A stretch of 64,000 nt of DNA, from positions 1 through 64,000 of the forward strand of contig JAEOSU010000067.1 of the NCBI GenBank assembly GCA_016840165.1, written 5' to 3'. This document shows positions 18,773 to 28,963 of the stretch, piece by piece. The DNA is from Promethearchaeota archaeon (GTDB lineage Archaea > Asgardarchaeota > Lokiarchaeia > Sigyniarchaeales > SOKP01). A program made the translations under genes and the position numbers. Positions within the stretch are counted from its first letter, which is position 1. Every line of letters starts with the position of its first letter. The notes below the pieces were generated by a model that made no database searches, was not told where the DNA came from, and saw only the letters and a program-made list of their open reading frames with translations.

Positions 18773-19822
18773 ATGCTGCGACAAGTTTTCATAATTATAA
18801 ATGATACAATAGCATATCAAAGAACTTATGCTAAAGGATTAGATAGTAATCTTTTTACAAATATATATCAAAAACTTAAAAAAGCAGCATTTTCGAAATT
18901 TGGAGGAGAAGCAGGTTCTTACGAGTTTTTTGAATATAAGCTGTCGTATATAGTTGATGAGAATTTAAATTTAATTTTACTCTTTGTTTCTGGATTAGGT
19001 GACAATTTCGATGATATAAAACCACAATTAAAAAAATTCAAAACTGAATTTTTAGAATTTTATGGGGATAATATCAAGGATGATAACTTCGAAATAATAA
19101 GTGATATTCTAGATCCAATTGTTGATAATGTTCACAGAAATTTAAAACCAAAAATATCTTTAGTGGGCTTTTCAGGAGTAGGGAAAACTACGACTACCAA
19201 ATTAATAAAATCTGAAGAGATTCCTATGCAACACATTCCTACGATAACTGGTGAAGTTGCCACTATTAAAATTGGAAAACTTCACTTCTTTTTATGGGAC
19301 TTCGCAGGACAAGATCAATTCGATTTTCTTTGGGAGAAATTTATCAGAGGAAGTGATGCTGTGTTATTAATAACGGATTCTACTTTAGAAAATCTTGAAA
19401 AGAGTAGATATTTCTTTGAATTAGTAAATAAAATAGTTCCTACTGCTCGTTTAGCAGTCATTGGAAACAAACAAGATTTACCTAATGCAATGAAAGTTGA
19501 AGATATTGAAAGATTATTGGGGCATAAAACTTATTCATTCATCGCCGTTGATCCAAACAATCGCCCTAAAATGATTCGTATAATAGCAGATCTCCTAGAT
19601 ATGGATACTGGAGTATCACCATTATTACAGCCTATGTTCGAAAGAGATGTTCTAATGGATAAACTACAAGAAGCATTACAACAGGGAGAATTTGAAAAGG
19701 TTATTGAAATCTTTGAAAAAATCAGTAATTTATGTCTTGAATTGGGAGATGATTCTCTTGCGATTGAATTTCAAAACAAAAGTAAAAAAATTCAGGATAT
19801 GTTGGCAAAACTTAGTAGCTAG
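18773..19822 (+). CDS. Longin-like domain plus Arf-like small GTPase plus helical tail
   Basis: GFSGVGKTT, HIPTI, WDFAGQ, GNKQDL; N-terminal MLRQVFII..YQRTY..LILLFVS longin-like pattern. Confidence 0.8.
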   Translation: MLRQVFIIINDTIAYQRTYAKGLDSNLFTNIYQKLKKAAFSKFGGEAGSYEFFEYKLSYIVDENLNLILLFVSGLGDNFDDIKPQLKKFKTEFLEFYGDNIKDDNFEIISDILDPIVDNVHRNLKPKISLVGFSGVGKTTTTKLIKSEEIPMQHIPTITGEVATIKIGKLHFFLWDFAGQDQFDFLWEKFIRGSDAVLLITDSTLENLEKSRYFFELVNKIVPTARLAVIGNKQDLPNAMKVEDIERLLGHKTYSFIAVDPNNRPKMIRIIADLLDMDTGVSPLLQPMFERDVLMDKLQEALQQGEFEKVIEIFEKISNLCLELGDDSLAIEFQNKSKKIQDMLAKLSS

Positions 19823-19843
19823 TAAAAAGATGTTTACGAATCC

Positions 19844-21529
19844 TTACCATGTTCTTGTTAAATTTTGTAAAAATACTAAAACTTCTCTATTTCCTAAGGG
19901 AACGATATTAGATTGAAAAACAATTTGATTATCCTTCAAAGGTAAAATAAACTTCATTTCGATTGATTCATTTTCTTTAAGTGCTTTTTCAATATTGATT
20001 ACTGCCTCATCAGCAATTTCTTTTGGTAAAAAATCATTTATAGTTTTCCCTATAAATTCTGTTGTTGTAAATGCTTGTTCAAAAATTTTTTTGATTTTTT
20101 TATCTAATTTAATCTCTAAGAAGACTCCATTTTTAGAAATTTTAAAAATTGAGAATGGAATATGATTAAGAAGGATATTTTTAGATATTTCACTTTGTCG
20201 TAATTCTTCTTTATTTTGTATTCGTTCCACCGCTGTGCCTAATTCCATCCCCAATGAAATAACTATTTCCATCTCTTCAGAGCTAAGTGATTTATTACCC
20301 TTAAAAATCATATATATAGCACCAATAATTTCGAATTTTGAAAATAACGGGAGTACTGCAGCAGAATTAAATTCAATTCCTTCAAAAAATTGTTCTAATA
20401 ATTCAGGAAAATTTTCATTATTAAGTACAACACCCTTATTAAAAACTATTTCATAAGGGCTTTTGGTTATATCTAATTTATTGTTTTGCTGAATGAAATA
20501 TGAAGGAAAACCTTTATGAACTTTAACACTAGCGATATTTTTAGATTTACCGACTAAGTATATACAGCATCCTTTAAGATCAAATAAATCTATAGAATTA
20601 TCAAGAATATTAGTTAATAATTCTGATAAACTATTAGCTTGGTTCGCAATACTGATGATTGTATTTAATATGTCCATTTTTTTAACCTGTCCCTTAAGTT
20701 TCTCCTCAAATACTTGGATGTCTGTAATATCATGAAACATATATTGAATAAAATGCTCATCTCCTAATATGATTTCATTTACACTTACTTCTAAGTATAA
20801 TTTCTTACCAGTCGATTTTTTTATCCTTGATATTATTGGAGGTGGGTTATTAATTAGATGTTCGACCATAGTCGGATCTATTAAACCTCCATCAAATAAT
20901 TCAAGTTTAAGGGCATGGAGCCCAATAATCTCCTCTCTAGATTTTTCGACTAATTTTTCAGCTTCTAAGTTAACATCAACGATTGTTCCATTTTTGCGAT
21001 TTGTAATAATAATTGCATCTTTAGCAGCCGTAAAAAGCGCTTGGTAACGATTCTCAGCCATTTTTATAGTTCTAAGAGCCGGTTTAATAGATTCAAAATA
21101 AGAGAAGAAGAAATTTTTGATTTCTTTCAATTTTTCAGGATCACTGTTAATATCCTTAACTTTATTATCAAAAGCTTTATATCCTTCTTCTAAATCTGCT
21201 AGATTTTGAGCAAAACTTTCAAGAAGTTCGTGGGCTAACATCAATGAGATATCGTTTTTAATATCAGTTATGATACTAATCATTAAACTTTCATTTCCGC
21301 CCCTTGCATGCTTATTAGGTAATTTAAAGAATAAATTTGCGGTTTTAATTTTTTTAAATATATGAATAAAAATCCCTTTAGTTTGGAGTTCCATTAATGA
21401 AGGAATTTCTTTTACATTATGTTTTTCTAATGATTTAGGTGCTTTTAAAAAGATTTTTGGACCATAAAATGGGTCAAAGCGACTAAGTATTAAAGCTTCC
21501 AAGGTTTTCACAGATTTGTTATAATTCAA
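19844..21529 (-). CDS. uDENN/NPRL2-like longin fused to PAS, GAF and PAS sensor domains
   Basis: LILSRFDPFYGPKIF N-terminus; PAS (DAIII..VDVNLEAEKL..REEIIG..HDITD); GAF (SAAVLPL..IIGAI); second PAS; no kinase domain. Confidence 0.75.
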   Translation of the reverse strand: MNYNKSVKTLEALILSRFDPFYGPKIFLKAPKSLEKHNVKEIPSLMELQTKGIFIHIFKKIKTANLFFKLPNKHARGGNESLMISIITDIKNDISLMLAHELLESFAQNLADLEEGYKAFDNKVKDINSDPEKLKEIKNFFFSYFESIKPALRTIKMAENRYQALFTAAKDAIIITNRKNGTIVDVNLEAEKLVEKSREEIIGLHALKLELFDGGLIDPTMVEHLINNPPPIISRIKKSTGKKLYLEVSVNEIILGDEHFIQYMFHDITDIQVFEEKLKGQVKKMDILNTIISIANQANSLSELLTNILDNSIDLFDLKGCCIYLVGKSKNIASVKVHKGFPSYFIQQNNKLDITKSPYEIVFNKGVVLNNENFPELLEQFFEGIEFNSAAVLPLFSKFEIIGAIYMIFKGNKSLSSEEMEIVISLGMELGTAVERIQNKEELRQSEISKNILLNHIPFSIFKISKNGVFLEIKLDKKIKKIFEQAFTTTEFIGKTINDFLPKEIADEAVINIEKALKENESIEMKFILPLKDNQIVFQSNIVPLGNREVLVFLQNLTRTW

Positions 21530-21653
21530 ATCTCAATTTTAAGGTAATAATTGAATTATTAAAATTTATATTTATGTTATAGTGAATAAAATAGAGATCT
21601 AATTAATTTTATTTAAGAGAAATATTATAAAATGATCTATTTTTTCTTTAGTT

Positions 21654-22313
21654 ATGGACTCAATGAAAGAATATCTCGGACCTACGGAATTCCTCGATTT
21701 TGACAAGAAAAATGTAAGTGATAAAGCTTTTGAAATAATCAATGGATTGAAATCTGAAAAAGAAAAAGCAATTGCACTTTTTTACTGGGTTAGAGATAAT
21801 ATCAAGTATAATATGTATACATACAATCCAAGTAATAGAGCAAATCTTAAAGCTTCTGTTACATTACGCAGAGGTAATGGTTTTTGTATGTCAAAAGCTG
21901 TACTATTATCTACTTTTGCTAGAGCTGTTGGCATTCCTGCAAGAATCCACATGGTAGATATCATAAATCATAAAATTCCTGATTGGATCGAAGAATTAAT
22001 GGGGACTAGAACATTTCATTGTCATGGATATAGTGAATTATATATTGAGGGTAAATGGCGAAAGCTCACTCCCGTTTTTGATAAAGATACAGCAATTAAG
22101 GCAGGCTACGTTCCTATAGTAGAATTTGATGGAGAAAATAACGCTCTTTTAGCTCCTTATGATGAAGAAGGAAACTTATTCGTGGAGTATGCTGAAGATT
22201 GGGGAATTTATACTGATGTACCGTTAGAAAAAATTAGTAAGATCTTTTCAAAAAATTATGGGAAAATCTATGATAAATACCAATTTCAAAAACCGGATAA
22301 ATTAGAAAGCTAA
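21654..22313 (+). CDS. Transglutaminase-like protein
   Basis: GFCMSKA, GIPAR, HGYSELYIEGKW. Confidence 0.85.
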   Translation: MDSMKEYLGPTEFLDFDKKNVSDKAFEIINGLKSEKEKAIALFYWVRDNIKYNMYTYNPSNRANLKASVTLRRGNGFCMSKAVLLSTFARAVGIPARIHMVDIINHKIPDWIEELMGTRTFHCHGYSELYIEGKWRKLTPVFDKDTAIKAGYVPIVEFDGENNALLAPYDEEGNLFVEYAEDWGIYTDVPLEKISKIFSKNYGKIYDKYQFQKPDKLES

Positions 22314-22326
22314 TAAAAATTTGAAT

Positions 22327-23244
22327 TTAAGAAAAATAATTTTCTTTTAATCCTAATTCTCTCAAAAATATTTTATATTTACCTAATTTTCCTCCATAAT
22401 TACCCGTTGATATTTTAATGAGACCCTCCAAATCAATTATTCCCTCAATTACTGTTAGCATTGTTTTTTCTATTGTTTCAATATCTAAAGCATTAAATAC
22501 AATTTCAGGAATAGACAATACTCCCTCAGGAACCTTATACTCTTCTGGCGAGAGTTTTCCTTTTAAGGATGGACAATATGAATGGTTTGTCGATGGACCT
22601 ATTTCAGGAAAGTTTGTTTCTGGTTTGGAACCAGCTGAACACACATCAAAAGTTGTGCAAACATTATCAATCTCAGCAATAATTTTAACAGCTTCTCTAC
22701 CCACTTTGATTCCTGACATCACAGAATCGCAAAATAACCATATATTCCCCCCCATTACGCCTTTTGTATAGGAAATCTCTTCTTCTACTAAAAAATCATG
22801 TCCCATCATAATTGGTACTGAAATCATTTTTCTTTCAAAATTTTCAATAATTTCTTCATAACCATCTCCGCAATGACCTACATTATTCATCATATTTAAT
22901 TTTATTTCAGATTTATGTGGATAATAGTCAAAAACAGCTGTTGTTGGTACAACAAGAATACCTTGCCTCATCCGTCTCCCTAATTGATCATAAAACTTCG
23001 CAATGGCTTTCTTTCCTGTTCCGGTGACCCACAATTGAACTATAGCACCTAATCTTCCATCAATTGTTTCCTTTTCAGTTAACCACCTTACAATACCTCC
23101 TTCAGCATCTCCAAAAACCGTTGAGGGTAAGGCAGTAAACGCATTAGCAGCTCTATTCAAAAATTCGCTATCCTGAGCAGTTACCATCAATTGGCAACAA
23201 AGACCTTCAAAAGCCTCACAATACGTATCTTCTATAATAGCCAT
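22327..23244 (-). CDS. ftr: Formylmethanofuran--tetrahydromethanopterin N-formyltransferase
   Basis: IEDTYCEAF, DGRLG, PTT, GDGYE, GVMGGN, SAGSK, STNH..CPSL, EIVFN, GNYGGKLG; start placed at ATG 23244. Confidence 0.9.
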   Translation of the reverse strand: MAIIEDTYCEAFEGLCCQLMVTAQDSEFLNRAANAFTALPSTVFGDAEGGIVRWLTEKETIDGRLGAIVQLWVTGTGKKAIAKFYDQLGRRMRQGILVVPTTAVFDYYPHKSEIKLNMMNNVGHCGDGYEEIIENFERKMISVPIMMGHDFLVEEEISYTKGVMGGNIWLFCDSVMSGIKVGREAVKIIAEIDNVCTTFDVCSAGSKPETNFPEIGPSTNHSYCPSLKGKLSPEEYKVPEGVLSIPEIVFNALDIETIEKTMLTVIEGIIDLEGLIKISTGNYGGKLGKYKIFLRELGLKENYFS

Positions 23245-23392
23245 ATTTTTAACCTTTATTTTTTCCCGCAATTTTTACTTTATATATATGACCTTAATCA
23301 TCTAGATAGAATAAAAATTTAAAATCAAAACCTTATTAACTCTATAATATATAAATTAATCACTAGAAATTTATTAACAGAGCTATAATAAT

Positions 23393-24316
23393 ATGCCACG
23401 AGCAATAATTTTATATGAAATTGATCAATCTTTTGGGCCAAATATCTTAGCTGAGTATTATTTAAAACAAGATGATAAAATATCACCAGCTATTTTAAAG
23501 GAATTTTCTGATAAACACGTAAAAAAAGAATCCTTAACTGTCACCATTCGCAAAGATAATAATCGTTATTATTCGAGCAAAGTTAATGCTGAACCTATTG
23601 ATAAAGAAAATCTTTATTTAAGTTTTATATTACAAGAAGAAGAGGACCTTATCTCCTTAAAAAGTATCTTTGAAAATATAGAAGAAAAAGTTATTCAAGG
23701 TTTTTCTACTGACAAAAAAAGTATGACAGATATTCTAAAAAACAGCTTGAATGCAATTTTAAGTTTGATTCAGAAACTACAAGAACCAGAAATCATAAAG
23801 GATATTTTGAATGAGAGAACAAAAAAAATGCTTGACGATGGACAGCTTCAAGAAGCAAGAGAATTGATAGATTTAGGAGAAGACATCCCTCAAAAACTCG
23901 CAGCTGAAGTAAAAATTGCAGATCAATTTTTGAAAGATGAATTTTACAGAAAAGCAAAAAAAAGCTTCCAAAAGGCTGCAGAATTAGCAGTACTTATTCA
24001 AGAAGAAGAAATTGCTTCATTTTTACAAAATAAGGGAGAGCAAGTTGGAATGTTCCCTGAATTATTAAAAGAACGAGAGAGTCTCTATAAAGAAATTGCA
24101 AAATTCTTTAATGAATTTTTAGGTGAGAAATTAGATATTTATAATCAATTAATTGAACCAATCGATAGATTAATTGAAATTTCTGATAATTTTGAAGAAC
24201 ACGAATTAATTGATGACTTAACTAAATTAAAAAACAATACACAAAGAGCTTCTCGCTTAGGAAAAGATCTATATGGATTAGAAAACAAAATAAAAGAATT
24301 TTTTGAAAAGATCTAA
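23393..24316 (+). CDS. uDENN/longin-like N-terminal domain plus helical C-terminus
   Basis: IILYEIDQSFGPNIL resembles the uDENN first hairpin; all-helical C-terminal half. Confidence 0.5.
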   Translation: MPRAIILYEIDQSFGPNILAEYYLKQDDKISPAILKEFSDKHVKKESLTVTIRKDNNRYYSSKVNAEPIDKENLYLSFILQEEEDLISLKSIFENIEEKVIQGFSTDKKSMTDILKNSLNAILSLIQKLQEPEIIKDILNERTKKMLDDGQLQEARELIDLGEDIPQKLAAEVKIADQFLKDEFYRKAKKSFQKAAELAVLIQEEEIASFLQNKGEQVGMFPELLKERESLYKEIAKFFNEFLGEKLDIYNQLIEPIDRLIEISDNFEEHELIDDLTKLKNNTQRASRLGKDLYGLENKIKEFFEKI

Positions 24317-24323
24317 TTAAATT

Positions 24324-26102
24324 TTACATTTCTTCATTTGGAGTAGGGGATTCTTCAGTTTCTATGTATTCTCCAATGTCGGGGAAAATAATTCGTGTAA
24401 TCTCCCATCCCTCTTTTGTTGGACGCTTTAACGCATTTTCTATTATTTTTTCTCCAGTTTCATTATTCAACTCTACTTTATGAATATCAGGGTTATTCTT
24501 CAAAATACTTTCAAATTTCGCACCGCTACTTCCCTCTGGAACAATTAATAATGCTTTATCTATTGCTTTTTGATCGAGAGCATCTTTCAAACGTTTTGCT
24601 GCATAATATCCTGCAACACCAGCACTACGATCGAAAGTTTTAATAGAGGGAATTTCTAATCCCCATTTTTTGCCTTCAGCTTCTATTAATGCAGCTAGAG
24701 TTTGTGATCTTTTACCAAGCTTAAATTTGAATTCCATTTGAGTTTTAAAATCTTTCTTTTTTTCCTCCCCTACCATATTAATACATTTTAATGTAGCTCC
24801 TGCAACGGATTGAGGATTGACATCAATCGAGTATTCCTCTTCTGCTAAGATATCTTCAATAGTCTTTTTAATAACTTCTCTTGGTTTTGAGAAATCTATC
24901 ACTTCTTCTTCAATTTCACTTGGTGGCTTAGCTGTCGCAACAAGCTCAGAGCCAACTTCCATAAGTTGTTCTACTGTCATCTCTTCCATTACAACTTTAT
25001 CGATAAACCTTCTACAAAGTTTAATTGAATTTCTAGGATTCCCTTTAGTCTTTTCAAAAATCAATTCAATAAGCTTTTCATTTAATGGAAATAATGGGTA
25101 TAGTGGAGGATTCAAATTATTATCATCCCAAAAAGATTCCATAGATTTCGAGAAAAATATTTTTAGATCATTTAGGCTAAAAGGTTTTAAATCCTGTTCA
25201 GGTTCCATCCTTGACCTTAAAGGAGCATCAGCAATCTCAATGATTCTCGGCCAAATCTCTTTTAAAACTGCAATTATAATTACAAGACTCTTAACTTCAT
25301 TATACAACCTTTTTAAGATTTCCAGGAATTTGCGCTCTGCAACTTCTCCCAAGTATCTATATGGAGATTCTAATTCGTCAAAATAAAGAATAAGCACTCT
25401 ATCTAAATTTTCCGTGATGATTTTAATTAATGCTAAGCATACGTCATCTTCTTCGAGGACTGAATTGATTCCTAATGTTTCTAATTCCTCATCTTCTAAA
25501 TCTTCACCGAGAAGCCACCTTTCTGCTAAAGCTTTCTTATTTTTATCTAATTGGTAAGTCACTAACGCTTTTACACAATCAGCAAATACACCCGGGAATT
25601 CTCTTATCCCCATTTGGATTACTTCCTCAGCCTTAGGCTTTTGGAATATTCCTTTCTTCTCACCACCCCATTTTTTAACTAACCTTTCTGAAACGATATC
25701 AAGCAATTCAGCACCAAGTTCCTCAATAATACATGTATAAACATGAAGTAAAACACGTATACTTGCAGGTGGGCTGGGAACATAAATGATACTCCAATCT
25801 ATGGGCTCTAATTTGCTCACATCTATTTCTTGTGCTTCTGTAGATTCCGATAATTTATTTCTATTTTCTCTCTCTTTATCTTTAAATGAATGATAAGCAT
25901 GAGTTTTGCCTGAACCTGCTGATCCTAATATTGGAATAAGTCTCGCACTTCGATCTTTATATGTTTGACGTGCTAACCTATATACCTCACGATCTATATA
26001 ACTTCGTGGTCTAGCTATATCAATTTTATCTGGTATATCTCCCCTCGATACAAAATTAGAAAAGGGCATTATTGGTGCTTCACGTAACACATCAAGATAC
26101 AT
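24324..26102 (-). CDS. P-loop AAA-type ATPase (BrxD-like) with uncharacterised C-terminal domain
   Basis: GSAGSGKT, LYFDELE, ERWLLGE, LRSRM, GNPR. Confidence 0.7.
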   Translation of the reverse strand: MYLDVLREAPIMPFSNFVSRGDIPDKIDIARPRSYIDREVYRLARQTYKDRSARLIPILGSAGSGKTHAYHSFKDKERENRNKLSESTEAQEIDVSKLEPIDWSIIYVPSPPASIRVLLHVYTCIIEELGAELLDIVSERLVKKWGGEKKGIFQKPKAEEVIQMGIREFPGVFADCVKALVTYQLDKNKKALAERWLLGEDLEDEELETLGINSVLEEDDVCLALIKIITENLDRVLILYFDELESPYRYLGEVAERKFLEILKRLYNEVKSLVIIIAVLKEIWPRIIEIADAPLRSRMEPEQDLKPFSLNDLKIFFSKSMESFWDDNNLNPPLYPLFPLNEKLIELIFEKTKGNPRNSIKLCRRFIDKVVMEEMTVEQLMEVGSELVATAKPPSEIEEEVIDFSKPREVIKKTIEDILAEEEYSIDVNPQSVAGATLKCINMVGEEKKKDFKTQMEFKFKLGKRSQTLAALIEAEGKKWGLEIPSIKTFDRSAGVAGYYAAKRLKDALDQKAIDKALLIVPEGSSGAKFESILKNNPDIHKVELNNETGEKIIENALKRPTKEGWEITRIIFPDIGEYIETEESPTPNEEM

Positions 26103-26324
26103 ATTTTTATCATCATCACTAAGTTCTGAGTATATTTTAATCTCCTCTACAAATTTTAATTTTTGATAATTAACTGTTTATGTAGAATAAATTTATTAAC
26201 CTAAACAATTTTTTCTAATATATAAGCTATTTAGTTTTTAGCAGTTATAATATTAAATTAACAATTTAGCTTATTAAATTTAATTGAAATTAAATAAATC
26301 AAATATTTTATTAAGATTGATTGT

Positions 26325-26984
26325 ATGCCTAAAAAAAATGGAAATGATGATGAGGAAGATGATGAAATAAAAGATCCTTTTGACTTTTCCAAATATTTTG
26401 AGGATCCTTCTAAATTTTTTTCTGATCCAAATAAATTTGTGATAGATCCGAATAAGTTATTTGGATCTAAAGAATTCAGACGGGTATTTAAAGACATTTT
26501 TGATAAGATTTCAAAAAATTTACCTCCTGATTTTCAAAATCTTTCCCCTGAAGATCTTATGAAGGAATTCAAGAAGAATCAATCTAAATTTGGTTTTCCG
26601 ATAATGTATGGATTTAACATAAATATTGGTAAAGATGGGAAACCAAGAATAGATTCATTTGGTAATATTGAACCAAAACCTTATTCTGGAGAGCCTGTTG
26701 TCAAATCAAGGCGAGAACCCTTGATAGAAGTTAATGAAGAAAAGGATCATATATTAATTATAGCTGAAATGCCAGGTGTAGATAGAGACGATATCGAACT
26801 TAAAGCAACTACACATAGTCTGGCTATTTCAACAAGAGAGAATGCCAATAGAAATTATTACAAAGAAATTGAATTACCTTCTGGAATTAACTCAGATGTC
26901 GCCAAAGCTCGTTATACAAATGGCATTTTAGAAGTTCGCTTGAAAAAGATTGATGAAACACACACACATATAAGGATTGATTGA
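26325..26984 (+). CDS. hsp20: Archaeal small heat-shock protein Hsp20
   Basis: YGFNINIGKDGKP..SFGN, REPLIEV, AEMPGV, ARYTNGILEV. Confidence 0.92.
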   Translation: MPKKNGNDDEEDDEIKDPFDFSKYFEDPSKFFSDPNKFVIDPNKLFGSKEFRRVFKDIFDKISKNLPPDFQNLSPEDLMKEFKKNQSKFGFPIMYGFNINIGKDGKPRIDSFGNIEPKPYSGEPVVKSRREPLIEVNEEKDHILIIAEMPGVDRDDIELKATTHSLAISTRENANRNYYKEIELPSGINSDVAKARYTNGILEVRLKKIDETHTHIRID

Positions 26985-27144
26985 TTTCTTATTCTTTCAG
27001 GAATTGAATCCTTAATACGGGAATCATATTATTTGAAAATCTTAAAAACCAATTCAGTTAAGAAGATATAAATCTTTATTAATTTGGTTTACTCATAAAG
27101 TTTTAAATGACTAGATTTTATTAAAAAATTTTTAGTGAAAACTT

Positions 27145-28095
27145 ATGAATGAAGAAGAAATTTTAACAAAAAGAAATTTTGTTTTTATATTCGTTGTAGC
27201 ACTTATCATTAGTTTAGTTGGGTTAGTTTTTATAGTTCTTGGATTAAACAATGCAATTAATGAGTACTTCTATGACAATGATATTGTTTTTGCAATTTTT
27301 ACAGCAATTGGTTACATTGGATGGCATACCGCTTTGATAGTAATAATAGTATCTGTCTTAATTATTTATGATGTTAGGTTTGCTAAAAATTTGACATTCT
27401 CTTTACTCGGGTCGTTCTATATAAATGGAATTTTGAAAGATTGTATTCAAGATCCTACACCCGCAACAAGGAGAGAAGAACCTGGCTTTGGCTTTCCTTC
27501 GGGACACGCTCAAAATGGTGTTGCTATATGGGGATATTTTTCCTATCACACATATAAGAAGAAAAATAAATACTTGCCTTGGGTTTTCCTTATTTTTATT
27601 TATTTAATCGCAACTGCGAGAATAATGAATGGATCTCATGATGTAGATGATGTTGTTGGAGGATTATTGGTTGGCATTGCCTTTTTATTATTATTTATTC
27701 ATTTAGAGCCAATAGTTACTAAGAAAATTAATACTCTGAATTTAAACATAAAATTACTTCTTTCAATAGTTATTCCAATAGTTTTATTTATAGTGGCAAT
27801 ACTTATTTTTCCTGATACTGACAATGAATATGGGTTAATCGGTGGTGCTTTAATGGGTTTATCAGTGGGATATCTATTGGAAGTAGAATATATTAAGTAT
27901 GATCCAGCGGAACTAAACAATAAGCAAAAAATCATTAATTTAATTATCGGATTGGTAATAGTATTGGTGTTGTATGTGGTTCTTGATTTGCTAGTTTCTT
28001 TAGAGAATCAAGTGTGGGCATTCTTTGAATACTTAATAATAGCTTTAACCGCAGTTTTGCTAGTACCGTGGATTTTGCAAAAAATAAAGCGATAA
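27145..28095 (+). CDS. PAP2 family membrane phosphatase
   Basis: FPSGHAQ and ARIMNGSHDVDDVVGG; many TM helices. Confidence 0.88.
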   Translation: MNEEEILTKRNFVFIFVVALIISLVGLVFIVLGLNNAINEYFYDNDIVFAIFTAIGYIGWHTALIVIIVSVLIIYDVRFAKNLTFSLLGSFYINGILKDCIQDPTPATRREEPGFGFPSGHAQNGVAIWGYFSYHTYKKKNKYLPWVFLIFIYLIATARIMNGSHDVDDVVGGLLVGIAFLLLFIHLEPIVTKKINTLNLNIKLLLSIVIPIVLFIVAILIFPDTDNEYGLIGGALMGLSVGYLLEVEYIKYDPAELNNKQKIINLIIGLVIVLVLYVVLDLLVSLENQVWAFFEYLIIALTAVLLVPWILQKIKR

Positions 28096-28167
28096 AAAGA
28101 CTATACAAAATCTAATTCCTTTTTTTTTTTATTTTCATATAATTTGATTACTCAAAAGTATAGGATA

Positions 28168-28329
28168 TTAATGAGCTATTTTTATGGTTCTTCTCTTAGC
28201 GACTTCTTCTAAAAGAATACGATTTACTTCCATTTTGTCGCTTTCTTTAACCTCATCATGAGGGGTAATTACCTCGTTTATATAAATTTCTGGTCTAGTG
28301 GGATGAGCCATAACTTGTTCAAGAATCAT
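28168..28329 (-). CDS. Putative 53-aa small protein (not in ORF track)
   Basis: MILEQVMAHPTRPEIYINEVITPHDEVKESDKMEVNRILLEEVAKRRTIKIAH*; TTTATAAAT box ~25 nt upstream. Confidence 0.5.
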   Translation of the reverse strand: MILEQVMAHPTRPEIYINEVITPHDEVKESDKMEVNRILLEEVAKRRTIKIAH

Positions 28330-28403
28330 TAATTAAGTGAAAAATTAGTGATTTATAAAATTTCTCATTTATCATCTGAAAAAAAGGAATTTAAATTAGA
28401 ATC

Positions 28404-28859
28404 TTAGAATAAGTCCAAATATGGTTTAACTTCTTTTTTTCCATTAGAATCTTTGATTGATTGCAAAATTTTTTTGGATAATTCCTTTTTCTTTTTAAAA
28501 TAAAGTTCCATTATTTTTTCCATCGTCAAATTTGGATATCGTTCCACTAGCGCAGTATCTCTCCTTGGGCATCCATTTCGTCTCATACAACAATAAGAAA
28601 TTGATCCAAAGCACACTATTTCTGAATCCCAATTATTTTCTTTAGAAAAATTCTCTTTTATTTTTATGAATTCTTCAGGAGTTAAACCTATTTCTCTTAA
28701 TATTTCATCTCTCTTACACTTAAACCCAAAGGTTAATGAATATCCCGGTTTACAACAAAAAGTTAAGGCTCGAAAATCACCGCCCATACAGATTGGAACT
28801 GGAGCATTTTTCTCCCATCCCGGTACGTCGCGAAGCTTATCTTGATCCAAATCCGTCAT
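28404..28859 (-). CDS. Methanogenesis marker 9 C-terminal-domain protein
   Basis: WEKNAPVPICMGGDFRALTFCCKP, CFGSISYCC..CPRRD; start placed at ATG 28859. Confidence 0.8.
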   Translation of the reverse strand: MTDLDQDKLRDVPGWEKNAPVPICMGGDFRALTFCCKPGYSLTFGFKCKRDEILREIGLTPEEFIKIKENFSKENNWDSEIVCFGSISYCCMRRNGCPRRDTALVERYPNLTMEKIMELYFKKKKELSKKILQSIKDSNGKKEVKPYLDLF

Positions 28860-28963
28860 ACTACTTTTTAGAAACGGGGCTATTAATGTAAATAAAAATC
28901 CATAAAGTATTATTAATTTTCCATTTTTAGAATACAAAACTAGATTTCTAAAGAGGAAATAAG

